A stretch of 20,489 nt of DNA, from the NCBI GenBank assembly GCA_037443265.1, contig JBBIOR010000001.1:48940-69428 (forward strand). The letters run 5' to 3'. Source of the DNA: Candidatus Fraserbacteria bacterium (GTDB lineage Bacteria > Bipolaricaulota > Bipolaricaulia > RBG-16-55-9). The notes beneath the pieces are model-generated. The model did not search any database, had not been told where the DNA came from, and saw nothing but the letters and a program-made list of their open reading frames with translations. The position numbers were made by a program, and so were the translations under genes. The stretch's first letter is position 1, and each line of letters starts with the position of its first letter. This document shows, piece after piece, positions 9,014 to 16,468 of the stretch.

Positions 9014-9118
9014 TTTCATCCGACAAGGGCAAACCCAGCGAAAGCTGGGGACGCAAAGCCACGGGCCTACACTTACAAGCAAGGCAAAGGTATGGCGGCC
9101 GGGTTGCCGAAGATGAGA
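9014..9118 (+). promoter_or_regulatory. c-di-GMP-I (GEMM-I) riboswitch 1
   Basis: GGGCAAACCCAGC-GAAA-GCTGGGGACGCAAAGCCACGGGCCTA...GGCGGCCGGGTTGCCG matches the GEMM consensus; GNRA-capped P2; P1 formed by TTTCATC-CG and CG-aa-GATGAGA. Confidence 0.93.
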
Positions 9119-9616
9119 CACGGTAGAGAGTATTTATTGCTCTTCTTCATGCTGCCCGCGCTCGGCTTCGGGGGCCTGGCACAGCAGAGCATAACTATTA
9201 GCGTTCCGCAGTCACTGTTTTTGGATTGCTCGACGAGCCTTACTCTCACCCTCATACAGCCCATCCCTCAAGGCGCTTTGAAGGTTGGCAGCTGGAGCTG
9301 CAACGTGGATGCGCTGACGAGGTATCGCCTCAACTCCATCTTGGTTCCGCTTGTGCCCAACAGCCTCCATGTGGGCGACTTCGCCGCTATCTGCGTCTCA
9401 GCCACCGGCGGGGGCTCACCCCGTTGTGCGACGAGCACGGCTCTTTCGGGCTCCGATCCTGATACCCGACGCGGAATCGGAGGGAATACAGCCGGGACCA
9501 AGGGCGCTGACTTCTTCGGCGAGATCGTCCTCAACGTGAGTGAGCAGAACGCAGCCGCGCTGCCGGCTAGCTATATCGGTGTGATCATCTATTCGGTCAC
9601 CGATCTGACCCCCTAG
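9113..9616 (+). CDS. Secreted pilin/fimbrial-subunit-like protein, paralog 1
   Basis: Signal peptide MRHGREYLLLFFMLPALGFGGLA-Q; four Cys; C-terminal PASYIGVIIYSV strand; clearly paralogous to 9880-10425. The track start at 9008 reads through the riboswitch and is unlikely. Confidence 0.7.
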   Translation: MRHGREYLLLFFMLPALGFGGLAQQSITISVPQSLFLDCSTSLTLTLIQPIPQGALKVGSWSCNVDALTRYRLNSILVPLVPNSLHVGDFAAICVSATGGGSPRCATSTALSGSDPDTRRGIGGNTAGTKGADFFGEIVLNVSEQNAAALPASYIGVIIYSVTDLTP

Positions 9617-9678
9617 ATAGAGCCCCCTAAAACTTATCACAATTTCTCCTCATGAGCGATCTAGATTACGTTCAGGAC

Positions 9679-9707
9679 TTGACACCTTCCCCGTTCCATG
9701 CTAAAGT
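9679..9707 (+). promoter_or_regulatory. Sigma70-type promoter with extended -10, upstream of riboswitch 2
   Basis: TTGACA 9679-9684, 17-bp spacer ending TGc, TAAAGT 9702-9707. Confidence 0.7.
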
Positions 9708-9715
9708 TCTTCTGA

Positions 9716-9814
9716 CTCCGTTAAGGGCAAACCCGTAGCGATACGGGGGCGCAAAGCCGCGAGTCTGCGGGCGGCTTCCTTGCTGCCTTTATGCAGATAG
9801 TCAGGTTGCCGGAG
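9716..9814 (+). promoter_or_regulatory. c-di-GMP-I (GEMM-I) riboswitch 2
   Basis: GGGCAAACCCGTA-GCGA-TACGGGGGCGCAAAGCCGCGAGTCTGC...GCAGATAGTCAGGTTGCCG; P1 CTCCG/CGGAG; extended P3 hairpin. Confidence 0.9.
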
Positions 9815-9844
9815 ATTCTCAAGGGGATCTCCGGCTCAATTTTT
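9808..9844 (+). terminator. Terminator-like hairpin overlapping the P1 3' strand of riboswitch 2
   Basis: GCCGGAGAT 9808-9816 pairs with ATCTCCGGC 9827-9835, followed by TCAA then TTTTT 9840-9844. Confidence 0.55.
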
Positions 9845-9879
9845 CAGGAGGTCCCCCCGAAGAAGGAGGTAATGGACTA

Positions 9880-10425
9880 TTGAAAAAGCTCAACAAGCTC
9901 TTGGTCGCTGCGTTACTCGTGTGGCCGCCATTTGGGCTCGGGGGCCTATCCCAAACGACACAGAACGTCAACGTCACCGTCAATCAGTCCCTATTCTTGG
10001 ATTGCTCGGCGTCAGCCACTATCAACTTCAGCGTCACGCAGACCCAGATCGAGGGATCACAGCCGTTTACTATCGGCACTTGGTCTTGCAACGTGGACGC
10101 GCTGACGAAGTATCGTCTCAATTCCACTTTGACCACGACCACCACAAACATCACCAATGCGGATGAGAGTGACTTCAGCGCCACCTGCACCTCCGCCACG
10201 GGCGGGAACCCTGGGGCGAACGCGCCTGCTTGTGATACGACGAACACTTCGCTCTCAGGGACCGACCCGGCGACCCGACGCGGAACCGGCGGCAATACAG
10301 CTTCGACAACCGGGGCAGACTTCTCGGGCAACGTCCGTCTCAACGTGAGCGACTGGGACGTAGGCACGCTGCCGGGCAGTTACCAGGGAACGATCACCTA
10401 TACCGTCACCGATACGACTCCGTAG
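9880..10425 (+). CDS. Secreted pilin/fimbrial-subunit-like protein, paralog 2 (likely major subunit)
   Basis: Strong SD AAGGAGGT 9863-9870, TTG start; signal peptide; alternating N-terminal strand QNVNVTV; four Cys; C-terminal PGSYQGTITYTV; Thr/Ser/Asn-rich. Confidence 0.75.
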   Translation: MKKLNKLLVAALLVWPPFGLGGLSQTTQNVNVTVNQSLFLDCSASATINFSVTQTQIEGSQPFTIGTWSCNVDALTKYRLNSTLTTTTTNITNADESDFSATCTSATGGNPGANAPACDTTNTSLSGTDPATRRGTGGNTASTTGADFSGNVRLNVSDWDVGTLPGSYQGTITYTVTDTTP

Positions 10426-10483
10426 AGGCCGGGTTCCCGCATGACGACAGAGAACGGGCATACAGGGCCGAGGGAGGGGGCAC

Positions 10484-11446
10484 ATGGTGAGCAGACGGTG
10501 GGCATCCACGGGCACGCGGCTTGCGCTCCTTCTGGGCTTAGGCAGCACACTCACGGGCCTATTCCTGTTCGTCTGGGCCGCCCAGCAAGGGCCCAACTTC
10601 GCCACCACCTTGGGCACGCTACAGCAGTGGGGCGGAAGCGGCAACGCTCTAGGTGCCCCCAACAACAATTGCGCCAGCGAAGGCACGGCCGGTGACAGCA
10701 TCGATCTAACGGGCTTTGGCTTCAGCATTCCTGCCTCTGCCATCGTCAACGGCATCATCGTCGAGCCTAAGTTTGCGGGCAGTGCCGGGGGTACCCGTGT
10801 CACAGTGCAACTTCTAAAGGCTGGTGCCCCGGCCGGGACCGGGAAATCAACTACCCGCCCAAGCGGCGCCACCACTTGCTCTACGAGTGCCTTCCTTACG
10901 TTGGGTAGTAGCACAGACTCGTGGGGAACTACCTGGACGCCCGCGGACATCAATGCCGCGAACTTTGGCATCCGCTTCACCAAAGATGGCGGAGGAACAG
11001 CATTCCTCGATGCCGTCCGCATCACCGTGGATTATTCCGATGTGATGACGGTGAGCCTCGTGGCCGGGGGAACGCTCCATGCCACCGTGGCGAAAGCTGA
11101 CGTCGAAGCAGGCAGGATCGAATTTCTCGGCCAGACGACCTTGAAAGTTGTCTCCACCAAGAACTGGTGCGTTCGGGCCAGCTCCTCCGTCTTGAGTTTT
11201 CCCACAGGGGCCGACGACCCTACGGCCAACTCTGTTGAGATTAGAAACGAGGCGGGCACCTTCACCCCCGCTGGAACTTCAGCTGGGGTCAGAGTGAAGA
11301 CAGGTACTCCCACGTCTGCCTCTGGCGTCACGTTCAATGTAGACCTCCGGGTGGTGCTTAGTCTCTTCGGCGACGGGAAGATCGGCTCGTATCAGTTTAA
11401 CGTCAGCTACACGATTCTAGAGAACGTGGGAACAAATTGTGCTTAA
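10484..11446 (+). CDS. Secreted two-domain tip-adhesin-like protein
   Basis: SD GGAGGGGG; signal peptide; N-terminal beta-rich domain ending LDAVRITVDY; C-terminal pilin-like domain ending GSYQFNVSYTI, matching the pilin C-terminal motif. Confidence 0.65.
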   Translation: MVSRRWASTGTRLALLLGLGSTLTGLFLFVWAAQQGPNFATTLGTLQQWGGSGNALGAPNNNCASEGTAGDSIDLTGFGFSIPASAIVNGIIVEPKFAGSAGGTRVTVQLLKAGAPAGTGKSTTRPSGATTCSTSAFLTLGSSTDSWGTTWTPADINAANFGIRFTKDGGGTAFLDAVRITVDYSDVMTVSLVAGGTLHATVAKADVEAGRIEFLGQTTLKVVSTKNWCVRASSSVLSFPTGADDPTANSVEIRNEAGTFTPAGTSAGVRVKTGTPTSASGVTFNVDLRVVLSLFGDGKIGSYQFNVSYTILENVGTNCA

Positions 11447-11476
11447 GTCACCGAAATTTGAGGAGTGTGAGCCGGT

Positions 11477-12307
11477 TTGACTCATCTCAAGTACCGATGG
11501 AAATTAGCTCTGGCTGCGGCTTGGGCATGGCTGATAGTAGGCCCGTCTGTCACCTGGGGGCAGATAGGTGTGTCCGCGCTGAGTGTGGACGTGACCCTAG
11601 CCCCCGGCGGGAGCTTCACCGGCGCCTTCGAGGTCCTTAACAAGAGCCCAAAGCCACGGGAGTTCAGGGTCGAAGTGAAAGACTACGAGCGCAATATGGA
11701 GGGAGGCCTAGTGACGAGAGACGCCGGCACGCATCCGCGCTCGCTGGCCAAATTCCTCTGGGTCACGCCGCTTTCCTTCACGTTGCAGCCCGAGCAGAAG
11801 CAGCCGATCAGCTTCACCATCAAGATCCCAGAGGGCGAGAGCGGACCCCACTGGGCAGCCATCATCGTCACCAGCCCCGTCCCAGCCTCCGAATCCCAAG
11901 GCCAAGGAACCGATCCGCAGCAGATCCCTATCACTCTCGGAGCTTCTGAACAGTTCATCATCAAGATTCGGCATACCGATCCGACGAATGCCATCAGCCA
12001 TGGGCGGATCACGAGCACGCAGGTCTTATTGCCCGAAGAAGACAAGCCGCTGAGAGTGATCATCGACTATGAGAATATCGGCACGACCTTCCAGCAGCCC
12101 AAAGGCGAGGTGCGCTTCATCAACTCCCGGGGAGAGGTGGTGGCGAGAGTCGAAATCCCACCCTTTCCGATCTTACCCGGGGGCCAGCGCCGGTTGGAGA
12201 TTCGGTTAGACCAGAAGCTCCCTTCTGGGGACTACGTCGCCGTGGCGATCCTCGATTTCGGAGGCGACTTTCTGCTGGGAGCTCAGACGCGCTTCAAGAT
12301 CCCTTAA
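11477..12307 (+). CDS. PapD-like (COG3121-type) fimbrial chaperone-like protein
   Basis: SD GAGGAG, TTG start; signal peptide; two Ig-like domains with V.N, VTP..FTL.P, YENIG...P.GEV, ILPG..R and LPSGDY...ILDFG patterns. Confidence 0.72.
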   Translation: MTHLKYRWKLALAAAWAWLIVGPSVTWGQIGVSALSVDVTLAPGGSFTGAFEVLNKSPKPREFRVEVKDYERNMEGGLVTRDAGTHPRSLAKFLWVTPLSFTLQPEQKQPISFTIKIPEGESGPHWAAIIVTSPVPASESQGQGTDPQQIPITLGASEQFIIKIRHTDPTNAISHGRITSTQVLLPEEDKPLRVIIDYENIGTTFQQPKGEVRFINSRGEVVARVEIPPFPILPGGQRRLEIRLDQKLPSGDYVAVAILDFGGDFLLGAQTRFKIP

Positions 12308-12954
12308 CTGCCATGGGATACCCCCACCCCCACCTTCGGACACAGCGCCTGCACCACACACTGTGTGCACTTGGGCTTTTTAGGCACACAGACCGCCCGC
12401 CCGTGATCCTTCATCAGCCACGGGAGACGCGGCCACTCGCTCTTTGAAATTAAAGCCATAAGATCGCGCTCGATCTTCTCCGGGTCTCTTTCTCTCGTAA
12501 GCCCCATGCGCTGACTCAGACGAATCACGTGCGTGTCCACCACAATGCCCTCGACTCTGCCAAACGCATGGCTGAGAATGGCATTGGCCGTCTTGCGCCC
12601 GATGCCCGGCAGCTTCACGAGCCCTTGCAGGGTGTCAGGCACTCGGCCGCCGTATTCTTCAACTAGAATCTTGCAAGCACTCTGAATCGCTTTGGCCTTA
12701 TTACGATAGAAATTGACGCGCTGGATGTCGCTCTCTAGCTGCTCTAGAGGCGCGTTCGCATAGTCTGAGGCCGTCTGGTATTTCCCAAACAGCTCGGCCG
12801 TCACAGCATTGACCAGCTCATCGCGCGCCTGAGCTGAGAGGATCGCCGCCACTAAAAGCTCCAGGGGATTGCTGAAGTTCAAATAATACTTGGCATGAGG
12901 ATAAGCCACCTTGAGTCTTTGCAGGATGGCAGAAGCTCTTTCTTTCTCCGTCAC
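12304..12954 (-). CDS. nth: Endonuclease III
   Basis: LLVAAILSAQ, HhH LPGIGRKTAN, VVDTHV and the [4Fe-4S] motif C-x6-C-x2-C-x5-C. Start GTG 12954 (TTG 12960 alternative). Confidence 0.96.
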   Translation of the reverse strand: MTEKERASAILQRLKVAYPHAKYYLNFSNPLELLVAAILSAQARDELVNAVTAELFGKYQTASDYANAPLEQLESDIQRVNFYRNKAKAIQSACKILVEEYGGRVPDTLQGLVKLPGIGRKTANAILSHAFGRVEGIVVDTHVIRLSQRMGLTRERDPEKIERDLMALISKSEWPRLPWLMKDHGRAVCVPKKPKCTQCVVQALCPKVGVGVSHGS

Positions 12955-12960
12955 GCACAA

Positions 12961-14121
12961 TCATCTCCCAAGAATATGGACACAGCCTACAGAGCCAGTC
13001 GCAAAGCGGCCAATCCCAATGTTATGCTGGAGCGCGATCTCGGCGCTTTTCACTTGGACCGGCCCGGCCTCGCCGCGCAGTTGCTCATAGAGCTCCACAA
13101 TTTGAGCCACGCCCGTGGCCCCCAACGGATGCCCTTTGGCCAATAAGCCCCCGCTGGGGTTGACGGGCCTTTCGCCCTCCAGATGAACGCGACACTCTTC
13201 TAGCAGCTTGACCCCCTCCCCGGGCCGGGCGAATCCCAAATCTTCATAGCTTATAAGCTCTGTGATACTGAAACAATCATGAATCTCCGCGACGTCAATA
13301 TCTTCAGGTCCCACGCCTGCCATCTCGTAGGCCTGATGGGCCGCCCGCTGAGTAGCCGGAAAACTCGTGAGATCCCCACCCCGCACGAAGCTGTCCATCG
13401 AGAGCCCTGAGCCCAACACATACACGGGATCGTCCGTGTAGCGCCGAGCGATCTGGGCATGGCACACAATCACGGCTGCCGCCCCGTCCGTGATGGGACA
13501 ACAATCATACAGCCCCAACGGATACGAGACATAAGGGGCTTTCAGCACGTCTTCCAGGCTGCACTCGAATCTGAGATGCGCATGGGGATAGAGCGAGCCG
13601 TTGTGATGATTCTTCACGCTCACCAGCGCGACTCCCTCGCGCGTGACCTCGTATTTGTGCATATAGGAGGTAGCTCTAAGCCCGAAGAAGGCCGGCATCG
13701 TCACCCCGCGCCCCAGCCAGAGCCTCTTTAGATCCGCTCTCTGGATGAGCCCTCCCGGCTCATCATGCATCTTCTCTGCGCCCACCACCAGCGCAACGTC
13801 ATAGACACCCGAGGCCACGGCCAGACACGCCTGACGAAAGGCATCGCTCCCCGTCGCACAGGCGTTCTCCACCCGCGTGACGGGAATATCAAACAATCCC
13901 GTGGCATGAGAGAGCACTAGGCCAGAGTTGCCCATGACGGGATAGACCGTCCCAAACCAAGCCGCTTCGATCTCCTTGGGGTCGAGCCCTTTGTCGACGC
14001 TCGCCAGCGCTTTTAAATAGGCCTGCTCGATCATGTCTTCTAAGCTGAGCGAAAAATGTTCGCCGAAGTCGATCAGGCCCGCGCCCACGACCGCCACCTT
14101 CTTGCGAAGCGCTTCGCTCAT
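12961..14121 (-). CDS. Thiolase family protein (archaeal-type/SCP2-like acetyl-CoA acetyltransferase)
   Basis: ENACATG (Cys88), VGAEKM, CPITDGAAA, EIHDCF, NPSGGLLAKGHPLGATG and HNIG. Confidence 0.93.
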   Translation of the reverse strand: MSEALRKKVAVVGAGLIDFGEHFSLSLEDMIEQAYLKALASVDKGLDPKEIEAAWFGTVYPVMGNSGLVLSHATGLFDIPVTRVENACATGSDAFRQACLAVASGVYDVALVVGAEKMHDEPGGLIQRADLKRLWLGRGVTMPAFFGLRATSYMHKYEVTREGVALVSVKNHHNGSLYPHAHLRFECSLEDVLKAPYVSYPLGLYDCCPITDGAAAVIVCHAQIARRYTDDPVYVLGSGLSMDSFVRGGDLTSFPATQRAAHQAYEMAGVGPEDIDVAEIHDCFSITELISYEDLGFARPGEGVKLLEECRVHLEGERPVNPSGGLLAKGHPLGATGVAQIVELYEQLRGEAGPVQVKSAEIALQHNIGIGRFATGSVGCVHILGR

Positions 14122-14522
14122 GGCCCACCCTTCCGCGGCTTAAATTTATAAGAATAGACTCTTAGCCCGCTCTCTTCTTCGTACATCACGCAGAGATCGG
14201 CCTCGACCTCCAGGCCCACTCTCACGTCTTCGGGCCTGCACTCGATGATCTCCCCATAGACCCGCGCGCCGTCTTCAAATTCCACAACCGCCATAGGCAG
14301 CGGCGTCTGAAAACCTTCGGGCAGACGATGCTGAATCACAAAAGAAATGATCTTCCCATAGGGCTTCATCTGAAACTCTTCAAATTCCACCGGAGCTTTT
14401 CCGCAGCGCTTGCAGACGCTCTTCTTCTCGGGGAAGGAGACCCACCCGCAGCTTTGGCATCTATAAGCCACAAGCTGGGCGTTCTCTTTGGCGATGCGCC
14501 AGCTGAGCGGACTCGTCATCAC
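14118..14522 (-). CDS. DUF35 / Zn-ribbon OB-fold thiolase scaffold protein
   Basis: CQSC and CKRC zinc ribbon followed by an OB-fold (G.IISFV, VEFEDGARVYG, YKFKP). Overlaps both neighbours by 4 bp; ATG 14519 is an alternative start. Confidence 0.92.
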   Translation of the reverse strand: MMTSPLSWRIAKENAQLVAYRCQSCGWVSFPEKKSVCKRCGKAPVEFEEFQMKPYGKIISFVIQHRLPEGFQTPLPMAVVEFEDGARVYGEIIECRPEDVRVGLEVEADLCVMYEEESGLRVYSYKFKPRKGGP

Positions 14523-15523
14523 TCTCCTCCTAAAAGCCCTACAGAGCGCAGATACGTTGCATAGCTTATATATTCTTTCTGAGCCAGCTGTGCTTCCACG
14601 GTCGGAAGGCCTTTCGCAAGGGTGATGGGCCTCTCAACGCGCAGGGCCAGCGCGTCGCTCCCGCCCGGCCCATAGGAGATCGCCAGAATGCGCTGTCCCT
14701 CCTGCACCCTCTCCAGAGCCAGCGCTAGATCTACCAGAAAAGAAGCGCATCCGACGAAGCCTAGCTGGGGAAAAGTCGAGACGAGCTTCTTCGCCGCAAT
14801 CTGGAGCCTCTCCAGCGCGCGCGTCCCCCAACGAAACTCCGGAGGGTGCAGCACAACGCGCTCGAACTCTTCCAGTGTGGTGCCCATCACATTCCGGAGT
14901 TGCTCTCCCGCGCCCTGCACGTGCTTAAGAAAGCCCTGCTGCATCACGAAGCGCTCGTCAATAGAGCCATGAAACCTTCCCTCAGCGCGAGAACGTCCAA
15001 CAAAGCCGCTCGTGTACGATGCAAAACCTTCCAAACGCGCAAATCCTTCTTGGGCCAGCACAACGGCTCCGGCACCCGCTCCATAGCTCAGTTCATAAGC
15101 CGAGCCGGGCCGGGCGATCAACTTGTCGCTGGCCACAACCAGGCCGCACTCTATGCGTCCTGAGGCGATCGCATCCGCACCCGCTTGCAGAGCAGACGTG
15201 ACAGAACGTGTTGAGAGCCCAAGATCTGCCACCGTCGTATCTGGTTTGGCGCCGAGGAAGTGGGCCAGCTGGGCCGCCAAGGCGTTCTCGGCATAGCCAC
15301 TGGAGACGCTGGCAAAATAGATCGCTCCCAATTGCGGGCCACTGAGATTCGTCTGTGCGAGCGCCGCTTGGGCGGCTTTGACCCCCATGGTGAGCACATC
15401 TTCATCGGGAGCGACCACGCCCTTCTCGCCCCGGCCGCCCGAGCGCCCCCAGGCCTGATTGATCTCTTCAACTTTAATGCGATAGCGAGGCAGATAGACC
15501 CCAAAGCCTGCAATGCTTGCCAT
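14519..15523 (-). CDS. HMG-CoA synthase-like protein (archaeal type), catalytic residues apparently missing
   Basis: GFGVYLPRYRI, DEDVLTM, GAGAGA, SYGPGGSDA and YISYATY match the family, but the EFACK-type motif reads LGLSTR. Start ATG 15523 after GGAG. Confidence 0.85.
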   Translation of the reverse strand: MASIAGFGVYLPRYRIKVEEINQAWGRSGGRGEKGVVAPDEDVLTMGVKAAQAALAQTNLSGPQLGAIYFASVSSGYAENALAAQLAHFLGAKPDTTVADLGLSTRSVTSALQAGADAIASGRIECGLVVASDKLIARPGSAYELSYGAGAGAVVLAQEGFARLEGFASYTSGFVGRSRAEGRFHGSIDERFVMQQGFLKHVQGAGEQLRNVMGTTLEEFERVVLHPPEFRWGTRALERLQIAAKKLVSTFPQLGFVGCASFLVDLALALERVQEGQRILAISYGPGGSDALALRVERPITLAKGLPTVEAQLAQKEYISYATYLRSVGLLGGE

Positions 15524-15524
15524 T

Positions 15525-16388
15525 TCACTCCAATCTGAAAATCTTGAGGGCGTTTTCGCGAAGATATCTGCGTTCCGCTTCTGCACTTAAGCGCAGAGCC
15601 CTTACTTGTTCCAGTGCTTCTCGGTGATAGAGCACAGGATAGTCTGTCCCAAAGAGCACTTTCTCCTTGCCACGAGTGTTCATAAACTGCAGGAGCGTCC
15701 CGTAGCCCGGCGTGCCCAGATATTTGGGAGCGTGAGCGCTCGTGCCAATGTAAATATGGGGATGCTTCCAGGCGAGCGCGATCAGCTCTTCGCACCACGG
15801 CCAGCCCGTATGAGCCGCGACGATCTTCAACTCGGGAAAATCCAGCGCAATATCATCGAGATAGATCGGCCGCCCGAGTTCATTGGGCATGAACTCCGCA
15901 CTGTGGCCGATCTGTATCACCACAGGCACACCGAGTTCCACGCACTTCGCGTAGAATGGATAATATCGGCGATGATTGGGAGCTATCCCGAAGCCATACG
16001 GGTGAAGATGCGCCCCCACAAAGCCCCGCTCTTCTATGAAATATTCTAGACGCTTTACGCCTTCCATGCGCTCTTTGGGATTGATCCCCACCAACCCATA
16101 GATGCGCTTGGGAAATCTCTGGGAGAGTGCGGCGATCTCCTCTTCGGGCTGATTCATTTCCAGATGGCTCCAGGGATCGCCCATCTTGAAAGCCGGTATG
16201 AGAATTCTTTCAACGCCGGCCTCGTCCAGCTCTTTGAGGAAAGTCTCTGGAGGGCGCCCTGCGCCCTCGGCTATGCGCTCCTGTCTGCCAAAAAGCTCAA
16301 AGGCATAGCGGAGCATCTTTGAATCCCGAAAGCGCTTAAGGCCTGCCTCCGTAAAGAGATTGCACCAGTAGTCGATCGCCAGAACCAT
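15525..16388 (-). CDS. Amidohydrolase family protein (Amidohydro_2-like TIM barrel)
   Basis: HLHPY, YYPFYAKCVELGVPV.IQIGH, FPELKIVAAHTGWPW, LFGTDYP and ENALKIF. GTG 16391 is an alternative start. Confidence 0.9.
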   Translation of the reverse strand: MVLAIDYWCNLFTEAGLKRFRDSKMLRYAFELFGRQERIAEGAGRPPETFLKELDEAGVERILIPAFKMGDPWSHLEMNQPEEEIAALSQRFPKRIYGLVGINPKERMEGVKRLEYFIEERGFVGAHLHPYGFGIAPNHRRYYPFYAKCVELGVPVVIQIGHSAEFMPNELGRPIYLDDIALDFPELKIVAAHTGWPWCEELIALAWKHPHIYIGTSAHAPKYLGTPGYGTLLQFMNTRGKEKVLFGTDYPVLYHREALEQVRALRLSAEAERRYLRENALKIFRLE

Positions 16389-16429
16389 CACGCGGCCATA
16401 CTACTCCGAAGCCGGTGGGCCCGACAAGC

Positions 16430-16459
16430 TTGAAGCACGCCGCGCCCGGCGCATACAAT
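16430..16459 (+). promoter_or_regulatory. Candidate promoter of the HAD gene
   Basis: TTGAAG 16430-16435, 18-bp spacer, TACAAT 16454-16459, 9 nt before ATG 16469. Confidence 0.45.
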
Positions 16460-16468
16460 GGGTTGCTC

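Larger units (their letters stand above)
8928..9632. repeat. 11-bp perfect inverted repeat pair flanking the promoter, riboswitch 1 and pilin 1 cassette
   Basis: TTTTAGGGGGC at 8928-8938 and its reverse complement GCCCCCTAAAA at 9622-9632; a related copy ACCCTCTAAAA lies at 8954-8964. Confidence 0.6.

Noticed and set aside
9008..9112. N-terminal extension of the pilin-1 ORF in the track
   Set aside because: It is a translation of the riboswitch aptamer; the signal peptide begins at Met 9113.
9113..12307. WxL/Csc cell-surface complex interpretation
   Set aside because: The C-terminal strands have Y-x-V/I rather than W-x-L, the chaperone-like protein lacks a C-terminal TM anchor, and no LPxTG protein is present; not fully excluded without HMM searches.
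14519..15523. Calling this a functional HMG-CoA synthase of the mevalonate pathway
   Set aside because: The catalytic Cys and Glu motifs appear substituted, and no other mevalonate genes are in the window.
16388..16399. Mini-ORF ATG GCC GCG TGA overlapping the amidohydrolase ATG (similar ATG GAC TAT TGA at 9872)
   Set aside because: SD spacing is too short (4 nt and 1 nt) and such 3-codon ORFs arise easily by chance.
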